Program-made: the position numbers and the translations under genes
Part shown: positions 1-11,603 of the stretch, in pieces
Layout: each line of letters opens with the position of its first letter
How positions within the stretch are numbered: the first letter of the stretch is position 1
Assembly (NCBI GenBank): GCA_049724395.1
Contig: JAUGWO010000069.1
Location: forward strand, 372,001-436,000
Origin: Spongospora subterranea f. sp. subterranea
Taxonomy: Eukaryota
Reading direction: 5' to 3'
DNA length: 64,000 nt
The notes under the pieces: generated by a model
What the model was told of the DNA's origin: nothing
Databases searched by the model: none
Seen by the model: only the letters and a program-made list of their open reading frames with translations

Positions 1-566
1 GAAATGCACAAGGAAGTGCATCCATTCTTGATTCTCGATCCCGAATCCTGGCTATGCCAGCTGCCCGGATTCTAGCTCCGTGTCCTCATGCCCAAGAATG
101 CCCATTCGCTAGTAAATATGCCAAGCTCACCGAAACCACAAACAAGCGCAAACAACGACAGCGTGCAAGCGGAAGAAATTTCTGTCACTATGGTCAACGA
201 GTGATGATTGAGTCGTTTCCCATCGGGTCACTCATCCGACGCAGGCCTCAAACGGCATCAAGGCTCCGCTTTCAAAACGAACATCTCGTTCCATTTTCCT
301 ATGTTGTTATGCAAAAATATGATCCAGACGCTGCTAAAACATCCCTAGAATTTGATCCCAGTAGCTGGGCCCGAATGATCAAACCGCCTATCAAGCGAGG
401 AGGTCACGTGATTTTGGATCTGTGTCAATCGAATGGCAGTATTGAGAGGCAGGTCGTCAGTCGGAGTAAAGGCAGCGGCGGTCCCTATAAATTGGCACGA
501 TTGAGCCGTTGGTCGGATTTATGGCCGTATACATTAGCTTCTGAAACAGAAACCAATAATGTATAA
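1..566 (+). CDS. RSM22: Mitochondrial small-subunit assembly factor/methyltransferase-like Rsm22/METTL17 family, 3' part (5' end outside window)
   Basis: Motifs ILAPCPHAQECP, FCHYGQRV, FSYVVM, WARMIKPPIKRGGHVILDLC and YKLARLSRWSDLWP match the Rsm22 C-terminal region. Confidence 0.85.
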   Translation, partial: NAQGSASILDSRSRILAMPAARILAPCPHAQECPFASKYAKLTETTNKRKQRQRASGRNFCHYGQRVMIESFPIGSLIRRRPQTASRLRFQNEHLVPFSYVVMQKYDPDAAKTSLEFDPSSWARMIKPPIKRGGHVILDLCQSNGSIERQVVSRSKGSGGPYKLARLSRWSDLWPYTLASETETNNV

Positions 567-574
567 AGGAAGCG

Positions 575-1370
575 CTATATCTGTGTAGAAACTGGAAACT
601 TTAACCCAGCCAATGTATTGCAAGTGAACAAAAAACAAATTGCCTGATTCTGCCAAGTTAATTTAGACAATTTACATGGCGGTTGAAAGCATTTTCGCTG
701 CTGAAATGCCTGTAAAAAATGATGAACTGTTGAATAAAGTTGATCAGTTGAATTGCTTAAGAAATGGTTGGAGCATGGGGAGAATAAATCCTTGGTCGGC
801 ACATAATAAACACAACCTCAATCTATACGGATCTTTGCCGGAATTCACAAGAGAGGTCACAGCACGTCGTAAAGTTTGGGGCAGGGTTGGCATTTTTAGG
901 CAGGATTGAGCGTGATCAATGAGAAATTCCTTCCATACATCGTGAGCATTACTCGCAATGAACGAACCTTCAGAAAGGAAGGAATGTTGTGCAATTTCAA
1001 ATGGGAACGAATCTTGGAGTCGGAACGTGTTATGCTGACTGCGACTGTATTCATGGGAACGCATAATAATCAGATCATCACGATGCCTTGAAACAGCACT
1101 GAAACCAGACGGATTGCCCAAGATAGGAGAATGTGGAGAATCAACCAGCTGAGGTGATACGTTTTGTTCCTCTTGAACATTGAAAGTCGAACGATCTGGG
1201 GACACTTGAATTGCACTCAGGTCGCGGGGGTGGCTGCGAGATACTGTATCCATATCTGTTGGCCGCTGTGATGCGGGTTCGCGAATCTCCCGCGAGCCAT
1301 TTTGTTCAAAACCCGACGCCAGAACGCGAGCCTGACTCTTCACTAAACGATCGCGACGACTGGTTCGCAT
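575..1370 (-). CDS. Hypothetical protein (Ser/Arg-rich N-terminus); 3' structure uncertain
   Basis: 233-aa ORF 744..1445 with a plausible ATG at 1370, possibly continuing into ORF 575..802; no domain recognised. Confidence 0.35.
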
Positions 1371-1696
1371 CACATATTGGTTATGAGGATTGTCATTGGA
1401 AATATAGTCGATATTACTTGACACGCGAGTGGTAATGTAAATCACAACGGGGCCCAGTCACCCTAACCCGTTTCAACAATGCAGAAAATGCATGACAATG
1501 ATGTTACCAGGACGATGACGAGTGGCTGTCGTCATAACAGCAGTTTTACTGTCACTGTACAGTGTACAGTAGGCGGACTCAGAAGAGGGCTGCAGCTACT
1601 CTGTGGGCGCACTTGCTGCGTGCGATACAGGTCCGTAACTGGGGGGCGAGGGATGCGCCCCTTGGCAGATGTTGCAGACAATACCTTCCAGGACGA

Positions 1697-2303
1697 ATGT
1701 CGCCAGATCCGGCGTTCATCGTGTTAGGATGTGTCGTTTTGTGCCATCTTCTTCCGGGCCTGCTTAGGATGATTCGGGCGCCCTCCGCGTCATCTAGACC
1801 ACAGATGTCCAGCAGATTAACGGATCTCAGCAATGAAAGAGCACAATATCGAATCGAAACCAACAAGCTCAATACCCCATCCACCTTCGTTGCGTACGCC
1901 AAACTCCAGCGGAAACTTGATAAGGTGTCTGCCGAAATCGAATCACTTCAAAGTAGGTTCCTTCTCTGTCGAAATACATTATTGTAATTGTCTGAACACA
2001 GATTCATCAACTCCATCGTTAGAGAACAACGAGTCAACAGTCAAAATGTCATTGAACTCGATAGCAATTGTTGGTGTAGGCGGTATTATATGCTCACTGA
2101 TCAGCAGATATTACTATATCTCGCTGGCCACGATCCCATACCGGCTCGTGTTGCCATCAATATGGCCCCTGTCCCTGTCGCTAGTCCACTCGAACGGCAT
2201 CTGGAGTGTCGGGATCATCTCCTGGATCCTAATTTGCCATCGTGTCGTCGCCGGAACCGGGCAGCTGCTTTCGCGACTCACCATCTACAATCACCCCATC
2301 TAA
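1697..2303 (+). CDS. GET1: Tail-anchored protein insertion receptor GET1/WRB family
   Basis: N-terminal TM segment, coiled coil NTPSTFVAYAKLQRKLDK, GT-AG intron 1953-2001, and C-terminal TM segments (WPLS...VGIISWILIC). Confidence 0.75.
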
Positions 2304-2522
2304 TATATATCATAATTAATTTCCTCAATGAATCCCCTTGTCGTTCTTAAACCGGTTCTGGCAATTACTTGATGAACACTGATGATATCGGTCGTCATCG
2401 TCGGCGGTCCCACAGCGACGCTATTTCAACGAACTTTCGGCAAGCGGAAGGAGCGATACTTTTGGCAGATGTCCTCAGGAAAACATCAAGTCCGAGATGA
2501 GCGTAGAGTGAATATTGTGTCC

Positions 2523-3694
2523 ATGGCCATGGCGCTATCGCTATTGTTACGGGCCTGCTCCTATCTATACTGGATCGGCGTCCTCATATTTGTCATTCTG
2601 CTATCGGTCGTGACCTATTACCCCTCTGCACTGCCTCGTTCTCTTGTCGAGATCGTTCAGGGTCTTGGCTCGTTCGGTAAGCTTACTCCGACCGCCCCGC
2701 GTTCATCAATCGCCATCTCTTTCCTATTGTCATATCGTATACCGAAATCATGGTTTACCTATTTCTTATCTAACAGGTATTGGTTCGGTTTTATTGTTTC
2801 AGTTTCACGATTTGAATCTGGTATTAGGGTCCATTTGGCACATCATTCTCTCTATATTTATATGGGTTTCGTCTCCCACATCCTCTGCTCTTCTCCTGGT
2901 TTTGCTCTTATTCACCGTCCACGTACAATGTCAAACTGCCAGCGTTGTCATTGCCAAATGGCCCTGAATCTTTTTTGTGTGCAGTGCACCAGGAGGCTTC
3001 ACGAATCGCGATATGTATCTGTCTATCATCCGACGTCAACGATGAATTCAATCACCTTCATAATCTCCATTTTCTATTACATCATGATCGGGTTCACCAT
3101 CATATTCTCTGTTCCATTCGAGTAAAACTTACGACAGTTACTTTCGTCATCTCACCCCGCCTTGCAGACGCCGAACCTCAATCTTTGACGGTTTCTTTGC
3201 GATTGTATTTTTGTTTATTAACTATCTGCAACATCATCACTGTGTCTTGATGGCGAATCTACGATCCGGCACCAATGTTCACAGTACGCTCAAATATTTG
3301 TGACCAATGACCGATTTTTTCCTGCTTTTGTTTGCTTGTTCGATTCAATGTCGTGCTTTGTAAGTTCTGAGAATTTTTTCATAGAATCAAGCGGGTACAA
3401 CATACCCGATGGATCGTTGTTTGAGCTGGTATCCTGTCCTCATTATCTGCTGGAGATCCTGTTGTATATCAGTTTGAACATCATCGTGGGACCTGCGCCC
3501 CAGTTCATATTATGTTCATTATCGGTCACGTCGAACCAGATCTTGCTCGGCCACATGGTGCATCGATGGGTAAAAGCCACATCTGTACCGTTCGTTGGGA
3601 TTCGTTTTGAAAAATTGTTTCTCTACATCAGTATATCGACAATATGCCCAATTATCCATCCAAACGCCGCGCCATTATCCCATATGTTCTGTAA
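2523..3694 (+). CDS. Polyprenol reductase / steroid 5-alpha-reductase family (SRD5A3/DFG10-like), multi-exon
   Basis: GKL, IPKSWFTYF(Y), RRLHES, YNIPDGSLFELVSCPHYLLEILLY and C-terminal YPSKRRAIIPYVL*; +1 frameshift near 2766. Confidence 0.85.
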
Positions 3695-3849
3695 AACTTC
3701 AAGTCAACATCTGTGTATTTTCACATTGTTTGTGTCTGAGACTTCCGTTCATAGTCCAATCTCAATGTTCGATTACGCTTGTATATCTGTGCACGAAAAC
3801 GTTTGGCGTCTCCCCTGAACCAAGGCCACCTGTTTTTTCAGAGTGCTGA

Positions 3850-4506
3850 ATGCGAGGGCCCTAATCACAGCGGTCGTACCCGGAAGTGTCGATGACATGC
3901 TTCAGCCATAGCGGTAACAGTTTCGAGTTTCGAATCGAATCGAGTTGTGGCCAATGCGGTTCGACCCGGCCTTTGCCCAGGACGATTGACGAGCGTTCAG
4001 TCGATTTCTACACACATAATCATGAATTATTTTCAATTCCGTTCGGTTTGAAATATATACCTGATTGGATGCTGGTTCTTGAGCCGGGATGGCGCCCCGT
4101 CTGGCGATTTCCGCTACGTTTTGGGCTGGAGAGCTGGCGGTCTGCCCAAGTCGCCGATGGATCACGATCGGTTTCGGGATGATCATGTTGAGAGTCCTTA
4201 TATTGCCAAAGGAATCCGGCCAGACTGTATCGCTTACAACAGCGAATAACCGGCACGCGCTCTCTGACGCAACCATCGGCCGTTTCTAGCACATCAGGTA
4301 TTGACAATGCCGATGAGAATATTAAAAACTGGAGTCGACCGTGAACGTCATCAAAAAAGTTTCTCACCTCTTATCAGCCGTCCATTCTAATATTTTGGGC
4401 GTCACCACATATCGGGGCAAAATAACACACTGGTGATGCAATTTTTCATTTTCAAACCGGTCAAACTTATTCTGCAATTGCACTTTCGCGGCAATTTCGG
4501 AAAACT
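3850..4506 (-). CDS. Possible multi-exon hypothetical protein
   Basis: Open segments bounded by GT-AG intron-like signals (e.g. donor at 4367, acceptor near 4289); no recognisable domain and the frame is unresolved. Confidence 0.2.
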
Positions 4507-4771
4507 AAACAGATTTAAACAGATTGAAATCATATATTTGTGGTTGCACTAGATTCATTTCCACAGGCGACGCCGGTCATCTGCCCGAAATCTCTTCTCC
4601 AAAATCATTTATTGTGTAATACAAATATGGCGGGTCAACCAACATTGGTCTTATGACTCTCTGCGTTCAAAATGATTCATCGAGTTCCGTCTGAGGCTGA
4701 AGGGTGGGTTGACATTAGAGAAACTATCGCCATCTTGTCGGGCTTCCCTTCACAATACCACTCTTGCAGAT

Positions 4772-5724
4772 ATGAAAGGGGATGGGAAAGGTCTCCTGTG
4801 GAATGCGCTGGTCGACAACGCCAAACTGAAGGAAGTCTCATCTCGGGAGCCCAGATTCATTGTTCTCGGCAGCGAAGGGTCGGGGAAGACGACGATCATA
4901 TCATCGTTGATGAACAAAGCGCGTCCAGATAAAGTGGAACCGACCATCGGGTTGGACTACAAATATTTGCGAAACAATTCATCACTGAACGGTGCACCTG
5001 GGGCCAAATCAATATCACATTTTTGGGAGTTCGGTGGTGGACGGAATATGTCGCCGGCGTTGCCGGCCATTATCAAACAGAAATCAATCGTCCTGGTCGT
5101 TGTCGATATGTCGCAGGTAAACCGTTTGGGATTTCATCAGCGCGATTGCGTTGAACTATTCACAGCCGTCGTCAATCGTGACCGATTTGTCGTATTGGTT
5201 GCCGTTAGTTAAGGCGGCGGCGCAATGCAACCAGGTCAGGCAATATCAGATGATGATAATCGCCAATAAATACGATCTGGCATCGTCGGCGAATCTGGAG
5301 ATAATCTGTCGGACGCTTCGGGCGATCGCTCATAATTACGGGGCCGGTTTGATGAGCCATTCGATCGAAAATCGCAATCTTCAACAACTGCTTCGATCGG
5401 TCCTTTCCCGATTCCTTAGCGAAAAACCCAACGAGAAACGGGGCGGGGAAGACATCGAACACACGAAAGCGTTGATGATCATGCCCTCAATGGACTCGAT
5501 CGAGAGCATCGGGACGCCAAAACGGACGCCTTGTCGCCGCTGCTGATCACTGTCAGACCTGGTGCCAAGCCTACAGAAATGTATTCCCTGATCAGCCCGT
5601 TAAACCGCCCATCGACTACTCCGAGCTCGATCTGGAACCGGAGCCGGTCGTGGACGCCATGTGGATTCAGAAACGGGAAGAACTCAAACGATCGGAAATC
5701 ACAATAAAACCCAACCCGTTTTGA
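4772..5724 (+). CDS. DYNC2LI1: Cytoplasmic dynein 2 light intermediate chain (retrograde IFT)
   Basis: P-loop GSEGSGKTT, EPTIGLDYKY, SHFWEFGGG, IANKYD, ICRTLRAIAHNYGA and C-terminal EPVVDAMWIQKREEL; intron ~5117-5165; +1 frameshift in an A run near 5520. Confidence 0.85.
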
Positions 5725-5906
5725 ACGGCGATGAATTTTCTGGCACGAACCGATCTCTGACTTCAAGACAATTCGACCAGGTTCTGGTGCGAACTTCAAT
5801 GAATAAGCGCGGCCGGATCCTGGTCCGACCTGAGGGAGGATATCCCCCCCCCGGACGCTGTTGTTGGCCGTTCGACACACGTTGGCCCAGTCTGATCTGG
5901 GACTGT

Positions 5907-5954
5907 GTCTCTGTCTCTCTCTCTCTCTGTCCCTCTCTCTGTCTCTCTCTGTCC

Positions 5955-5986
<32 letters not shown>

Positions 5987-6074
5987 GTCCCTCTCTCTGT
6001 CCCTCTCTGTCCCTCTCTCTCTCCCTCTCTGTCCCTCTCTGTCCCTCTCTCTGTCCTCTCTCTCTCTCTCTGTC
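5907..6074. repeat. Compound (CT)n / CTGTCC(CT)n microsatellite
   Basis: ~170 bp pyrimidine tract read directly from the sequence, upstream of the GT60 gene. Confidence 0.95.
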
Positions 6075-6269
6075 GCCCTCTCGCCCAACACCTCCCCCCG
6101 TAATTCCTGTACACCCCAATCTGTCCCATTCCCTGGACCCAGAGGAGTCCCATATCGGTGGCCCCTTCCTCTTCCCTCATTCCAGAATTGCTTGCCGTCC
6201 CAACTCGTCCTTCCACTAGGGTTTCCCTCGTCACTCCCTAGCTTCATCATATAATCGTCCGTTTATTGC

Positions 6270-8956
6270 ATGTTGACCCCGACATCATGGCGGCCACCGA
6301 GACCCTTTCTATGCCTACTGATTTTGCTCGGCTGCGCCGTCTTCGCCGCTCTCTTGCTGTCGCTGCAACTTCCGGATATCAGCGATTTCAAGATCGAAGA
6401 TACACATTTCTCTAGATTCGGCCGCCCAGGTCAACGTCGGAAACAGGTCGGACCGAGAACAGAAATACAAGTCGTCGATACACTGATCGAGACGAAACCC
6501 CCCGAATCGGAAATATTCTCGTTCGAAAACGCGCCGTTTGTGCACGAAACCGTCAAAGACGGGAAAAAGCGGCTGAGAAACATTCCTGTCAAACCCGACC
6601 ACATATTCGTCTCAATCTCGTCGTACAGAGACGACAATTGTATCGCCACGTTGACCGAAATTTTTACGAAATGTCGGTTCTGTGATCGGGTCCGGGTCGG
6701 GCTGGTGGATCAGGTCGCCGCCGACGACACGCCCTGTAATCTCCCTCCGCATCTCTCGCGTTTCGCCGGTCAGATCCGGATCATTCGGATGGCGTCCAGT
6801 CTGGCTCGTGGCCCGACCTTGGCCCGCTACCTCACGTCGCGTCTCTGGCAGGGCGAGCAATACCTGTTGCAGATCGACGCCCATCTGACCTTCATCCGCG
6901 ATTGGGATCGCCGTCTCCTGGACATGATTCCGCAAATGCCATCGAAGAAGTTCGTGATATCGCACTACCCCGTCGCCACCGTTGAGGAGTTGGAGAACCC
7001 GACGAACGCGGTCCCGTTCATCTGCACAGCGAAGTTCGACGATTACATGCAAGGCCTGTTCTCTCAAGATTCATCCTGGTACACGAGGGCGAATCATGGG
7101 GGAACGCCACAGGGGTCCCCGTTCCTGGGCGCTGGATTCATGTTCGCCCCCGCCACCGTCTTGATCGATTGCCCCCTTCGATCGCTACCTGGATTTCCTG
7201 TTCCACGGCGAGGAGTTCGCTCAATCCGCCCGCTATTGGACCTCGGGCTACGAACTGGTGGTTCCATTGGAGAACATTTGCAGTCACGTCTACGGTGAGA
7301 TCAGCGTAGGGATATATCCCTATCCCTCTGTCCCTGATATTCCTTGCCAGGTCATCGGAAGAACAACGCGTTCGTTGACAATCCGGAATCGTCGCATTTA
7401 GCTGACGTGGCGCGTGTTCGGATCCGGTACATGTTGGGGATGAGCCAAGAGCGCCCGGAGCGGATGGACGAGATCGAGGACCTTGGCTTGGGCAAGTTGA
7501 GGACCTTCCATCAGTACCTGCAATATACGGGCGTCAACGTGGTTGAGAAGAAGATCACTTCCCATTGCAACGACCTGTTCGATTGGGATACGCGTCAATG
7601 GTATGCGATCGACGGTCCCAAACCGCCTCCTCCTCCATCCTATAAACGGCTGGTCACGTCCATCGACCCGGATCTGTTCCCCGAGATCGCCGAGCCCGTC
7701 GTTGACTACACGGCCCGTGTTAGGAAGGCGCAGGTGCCCGATACGATCGCCAAGGGCAGCATATTCATCTCGATCAGCGTAATAGCGTCGCCGCGTGTTT
7801 TCGTGTGGTCAAAAACTGAACGACTCATAGTCATATCGTGATCAATGGTGTGAACAAACGCTTCGCGAGATCTATTCCAAATGTCAGAACTGTGACCGCG
7901 TATTCGTTGGGCTCGTGGATCAGACCCTGTCGGGTTCTAATGACACGCCTTGCGTTGGGCCAGTTGAACGGCATAAACAGATCAGCGTGGCCAGACTGGA
8001 TTCGACCTTGTCAGCAGGGCCGACGTTCGCCAGGTTCATAGCGTCGAAGCTCTATGATAACCAGGAGTATTATTTGCAGATCGATTCCCATCTACACTTT
8101 GTCGATCGATGGGACTCGGAGCTGGAATCCATGATCAAACGGATGCCAACGACCAAGGCCGTTATCAGCACCTGTAAGTCATCTGCGTTGTCTGAACCCG
8201 TTTTCGTCGAGATTCGCTGATCTTTCACAAAATGTGAAGATCCCGTGATAGATTCGACGCCATTGGAAGACGGAACGATGTGGGTCCCATGGATATGCGA
8301 TGCGACATTCTCGGGCAATCTGATCACCCAAGCGGCCAATGTAATTCACCATTTGGCTCGGCATTGGGACCATTCATCACTGACTTAGAGCTGGTATAAT
8401 CGATTCAATCCTGCTGTGATCGCGGCCAATGCCGTTCCAGGCTCGTCCACGTTCTTGGCCGCTGGGTTCATGTTCGCGCGTGCCCAAGTGCTCGTCGACG
8501 CCCCGTTCGATCGGTATTTGCCGTTCTGTGAGTCACAACGGGTTTTCGGGGAGACATCGATGCCCTGAACGGGGGTTGTGTGATTTAGTGTTTCATGGCG
8601 AAGAACTGCTGGTTGCCGCTCGGCTCTGGACGCGGAAATGGGATTTCTTCGTACCCATGAGGAATATTGTGTCACATCTCTATTACGAACGGAATTACAC
8701 CGTTTATAGAGATCGAGCTGACGCAATGACGTACAAGGCGGCGTCCGAACGTCGAGCACGTTATCTCCTCAAGCTTGACCAGGAACCGCCACAGGAATAT
8801 CAAGAGGTTCGTGAGCTAGGCCTTGGCAACGACCGGTCCATTCAGGAATTCTGGAATTTCACCGGTCTGAACTGGGAGACCAAAACAATGGCAAATAGGT
8901 GTCAGCAGATATACGACTACGCTAATAAGAAATGGCTGCCAAGGCCGGCAGATTAA
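6270..8956 (+). CDS. Type II membrane GT60 polypeptide alpha-N-acetylglucosaminyltransferase with two tandem catalytic domains
   Basis: N-terminal TM anchor. Domain 1: IFVSISSYRD..RVRVGLVDQ..ARGPTLARY..LQIDAH..PFLGAGFMF..PFDRYLDFLFHGEE. Domain 2: IFISIS/SYRD..RVFVGLVDQ..AGPTFARF..LQIDSH..FLAAGFMF..PFDRYLPF/VFHGEE. One +1 frameshift in the C5 run at 7172-7176. Confidence 0.85.
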
Positions 8957-9094
8957 TAAAGCATTTACCCAACACATAATCACCTTCCCGTTCACCATAA
9001 ATCTTCGCCCGAACGCTCAGATATTTTCTGCCCAAGATCGGAAAAAATTCCAAGGGAAAATATTACCCAACGTAAAGGTTGGCTAGAGTCAAAC

Positions 9095-11258
9095 ATGGGG
9101 AATTACCTCCCTGGAGCGGGGAAAATCCTGCAACGATCGAATCAACCAGAAGTGCTGCTGACCTATTCAGATTGTCGGTTGCTCACCGTTGGCAGAATAC
9201 GACTGAGTTTGATCTGTGAGACATAGTGAGCCTCCCTTCCGTACGAGAAGCGTTCGCCACATACAGAGAGCTCTACTTCAACGCGAACATGCTCGATAGT
9301 AGCCAGTTTGATGAAGTGTGGATATCATGTGACAATTGGTTCTTACGCCCTGTGAACGCTCAGTGCTGTTCTTCAGGTGTTCGGTGCTGTTTTTGGTGAT
9401 ACACAGCCACATTTTGAGGCGTGGGCTGGAGAGCGCCATCCAGATCACGTCAACGCATTACAGGTTTTTTCAGCGATTGCTGTGTATTGTGAAGGGTCGT
9501 TGCAAGAACGAGCCATCCTCGTGTTCGACGTATTCGACCTCGACGGATCCGCTGTAATCGACGTCGATGAGCTGGTAATTTTGCTCCATAGCACCATCAT
9601 CGCCATGTGCAAGATGGCCGGGGGCGTTGCTGCGCTGGACGCTGAATGCATTCACGGCGCTCAGCTGTTGGCGAGGTCTATAATAAGGTCAATCGATACG
9701 GACGGGAATCGAACGCTTTCTCGTAGTGAATTCGTCGAATGGGCCATAAAAAACGTTGGTAAGCGTTCGTCACGTCCTATAAAACAACCACAGAACGCGT
9801 TTGTCAGATGTGGCGATTTACGTCGACGGTTTTACTCAACATACCGAGGTACGGGTTGCCGCTGTGCAAATGCGGATCTCGGTCATGGAAGCGATGGAAG
9901 CGTTCGATGCAGTAAATAGCCCGCATTGACCAGACCGCGTCGATCGACCATGCCGTTAACCTGTTATCGCAATTGTGCCCGAACATGACCGGTGAGGAGA
10001 ACGAGATCTGTTCGAAAGGAATGCAGAACTCGAACAAACGATGTGACCGATCGTCGTTCGAGGCGTTTGCTCGGGCTGTGATCCAGTTCAACGTTGTGGC
10101 GAAGGGCACTGCTGGACCGATCAAGCGCGAGAAAGTGGAAGCGCTGCTATGGCTACAGAACGGGTTGGAACTGTGTAGGCACAGCTGATGGATGTGAATA
10201 ACCTTTACCCCAGTTTCCAGCCAAGCGAGCTCCGAATACGCGCTGAGCTGGAATCGTTGGGCGACAGTGACGACAAGCAAAATGACCGAAATTGGCAGCT
10301 GACTCGACGGCATTGGTTGTCGACAAAATGCAACGGATCCCTTTTTGACAACGCTTTGTATGCGGAATTCGAGGTAAGTCGAAATCCAGCTCGAAAGAGT
10401 TGGACAAGTTCTGATAGATTGCCAGAAATACGATCAAGACCAGAGCGGAAAACTCTCCACAAGCGAGATCGCCGAAATGCTGTTCGAAACCATGACACGC
10501 GATTACATCGGAAGCAAGGTCATGGGGATATCGGAGTCGTCCAAGCAGATCATGCGAGCGATGGTGAATTCGCTCGCCCAAGAAATCGTGGAAAGTATTG
10601 ATGGCGATGGAGACCAGCACGTTACGTGGCCCGAACTTCGGCGAATGTCGGCGTACATCGTGGAGAAGAGAGAAGCCCTGGCACGATGGTATCTGGATTT
10701 TCATCTGTCGTTCTTGGCGCGGTATTTCGCGTTCGACGAGGACCTCAATGCCACCCTGGACGAACTCGAGATTCAATCGGCATTGCTCCAGCGAATACGT
10801 CCTCTCGTGATCAACAATACCATCACTATAGCGGAATCAAATGCGCTTGTTCGCGAAACAACGGCAACCATTATGGAGGTCTCGGACAGAGACAAAAGTG
10901 GGGCGATATCAATGACCGAGTTTCATGATTGCGCTCAGCGAATATCCAGTATTGAAGCGACAATGATATTGAAGGCACGAAATCTGCCACATACGAGAAC
11001 GCAGGACGCAATTGAATACGCGCGAAGCCATTGCCGAAGAAGAAACTCGCCATGGTCGCCATGCTCAGATCAACCCGAGTGAACCAGATAGCGCCCAAAG
11101 AAGAACGAGATGAGAACGAACCGATCAGCAAAGTGTCTGAGTTGGCCCCTGAAGTCGTTCAGGTGGATTTACCCGAAAAGGACGAAGGGAAGTCCAAATC
11201 CAAGCCACAACTGAAGGGGAGCGGTTCCGGGAACAAAAAGAAGCCCAGGGCCAGATGA
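9095..11258 (+). CDS. Multi-EF-hand Ca2+-binding protein with putative N-myristoylation (calcineurin-B/calaxin-like N-terminus), multi-exon
   Basis: Begins MGNYL; EF loops DLDGSAVIDVDE, DTDGNRTLSRSE, DGDGDQHVTWPE, DEDLNATLDELE, DRDKSGAISMTE; the 3' end is uncertain (frame change near 11020). Confidence 0.7.
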
Positions 11259-11603
11259 ACTCGGGCATCGGGGCGATCATTAGGTCGGCAAACTCAATCG
11301 TAAATGTCAAATCCGCCCCCATGGCGAATTAGACGGTACCGCATGAACAACCCTGTGAGTCGAATAAACAACTACGCTTGCTCCGATAAATGTGCAACGA
11401 TTATTCCTACACAGTATATCTACTGTACAGTGGTATTGGACCTGCATCCTGTCAAGCGTACATCACGTCGTTCACGATTCACTGATGGTGAAAAGTTACA
11501 TACTGTAAATTACTGTTACTGTAATAGGAATAGCGTCGTTGAAAGATTGCATAAGTTCGTGTATTAGATTCACATCCACAACCGATTGAGCAGAGGATGA
11601 TGA

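Noticed and set aside
4388..4448. Minus-strand MKNCITSVLFCPDMW*RPKY resembling a SelW/Rdx CxxU selenoprotein start
   Set aside because: The Cys-to-TGA spacing is wrong, a TAG follows four codons later, and no SECIS was recognised.
5479..6254. Long ORFs on both strands rich in SL/ER dipeptides
   Set aside because: They are translations of the (CT)n microsatellite, not credible proteins.
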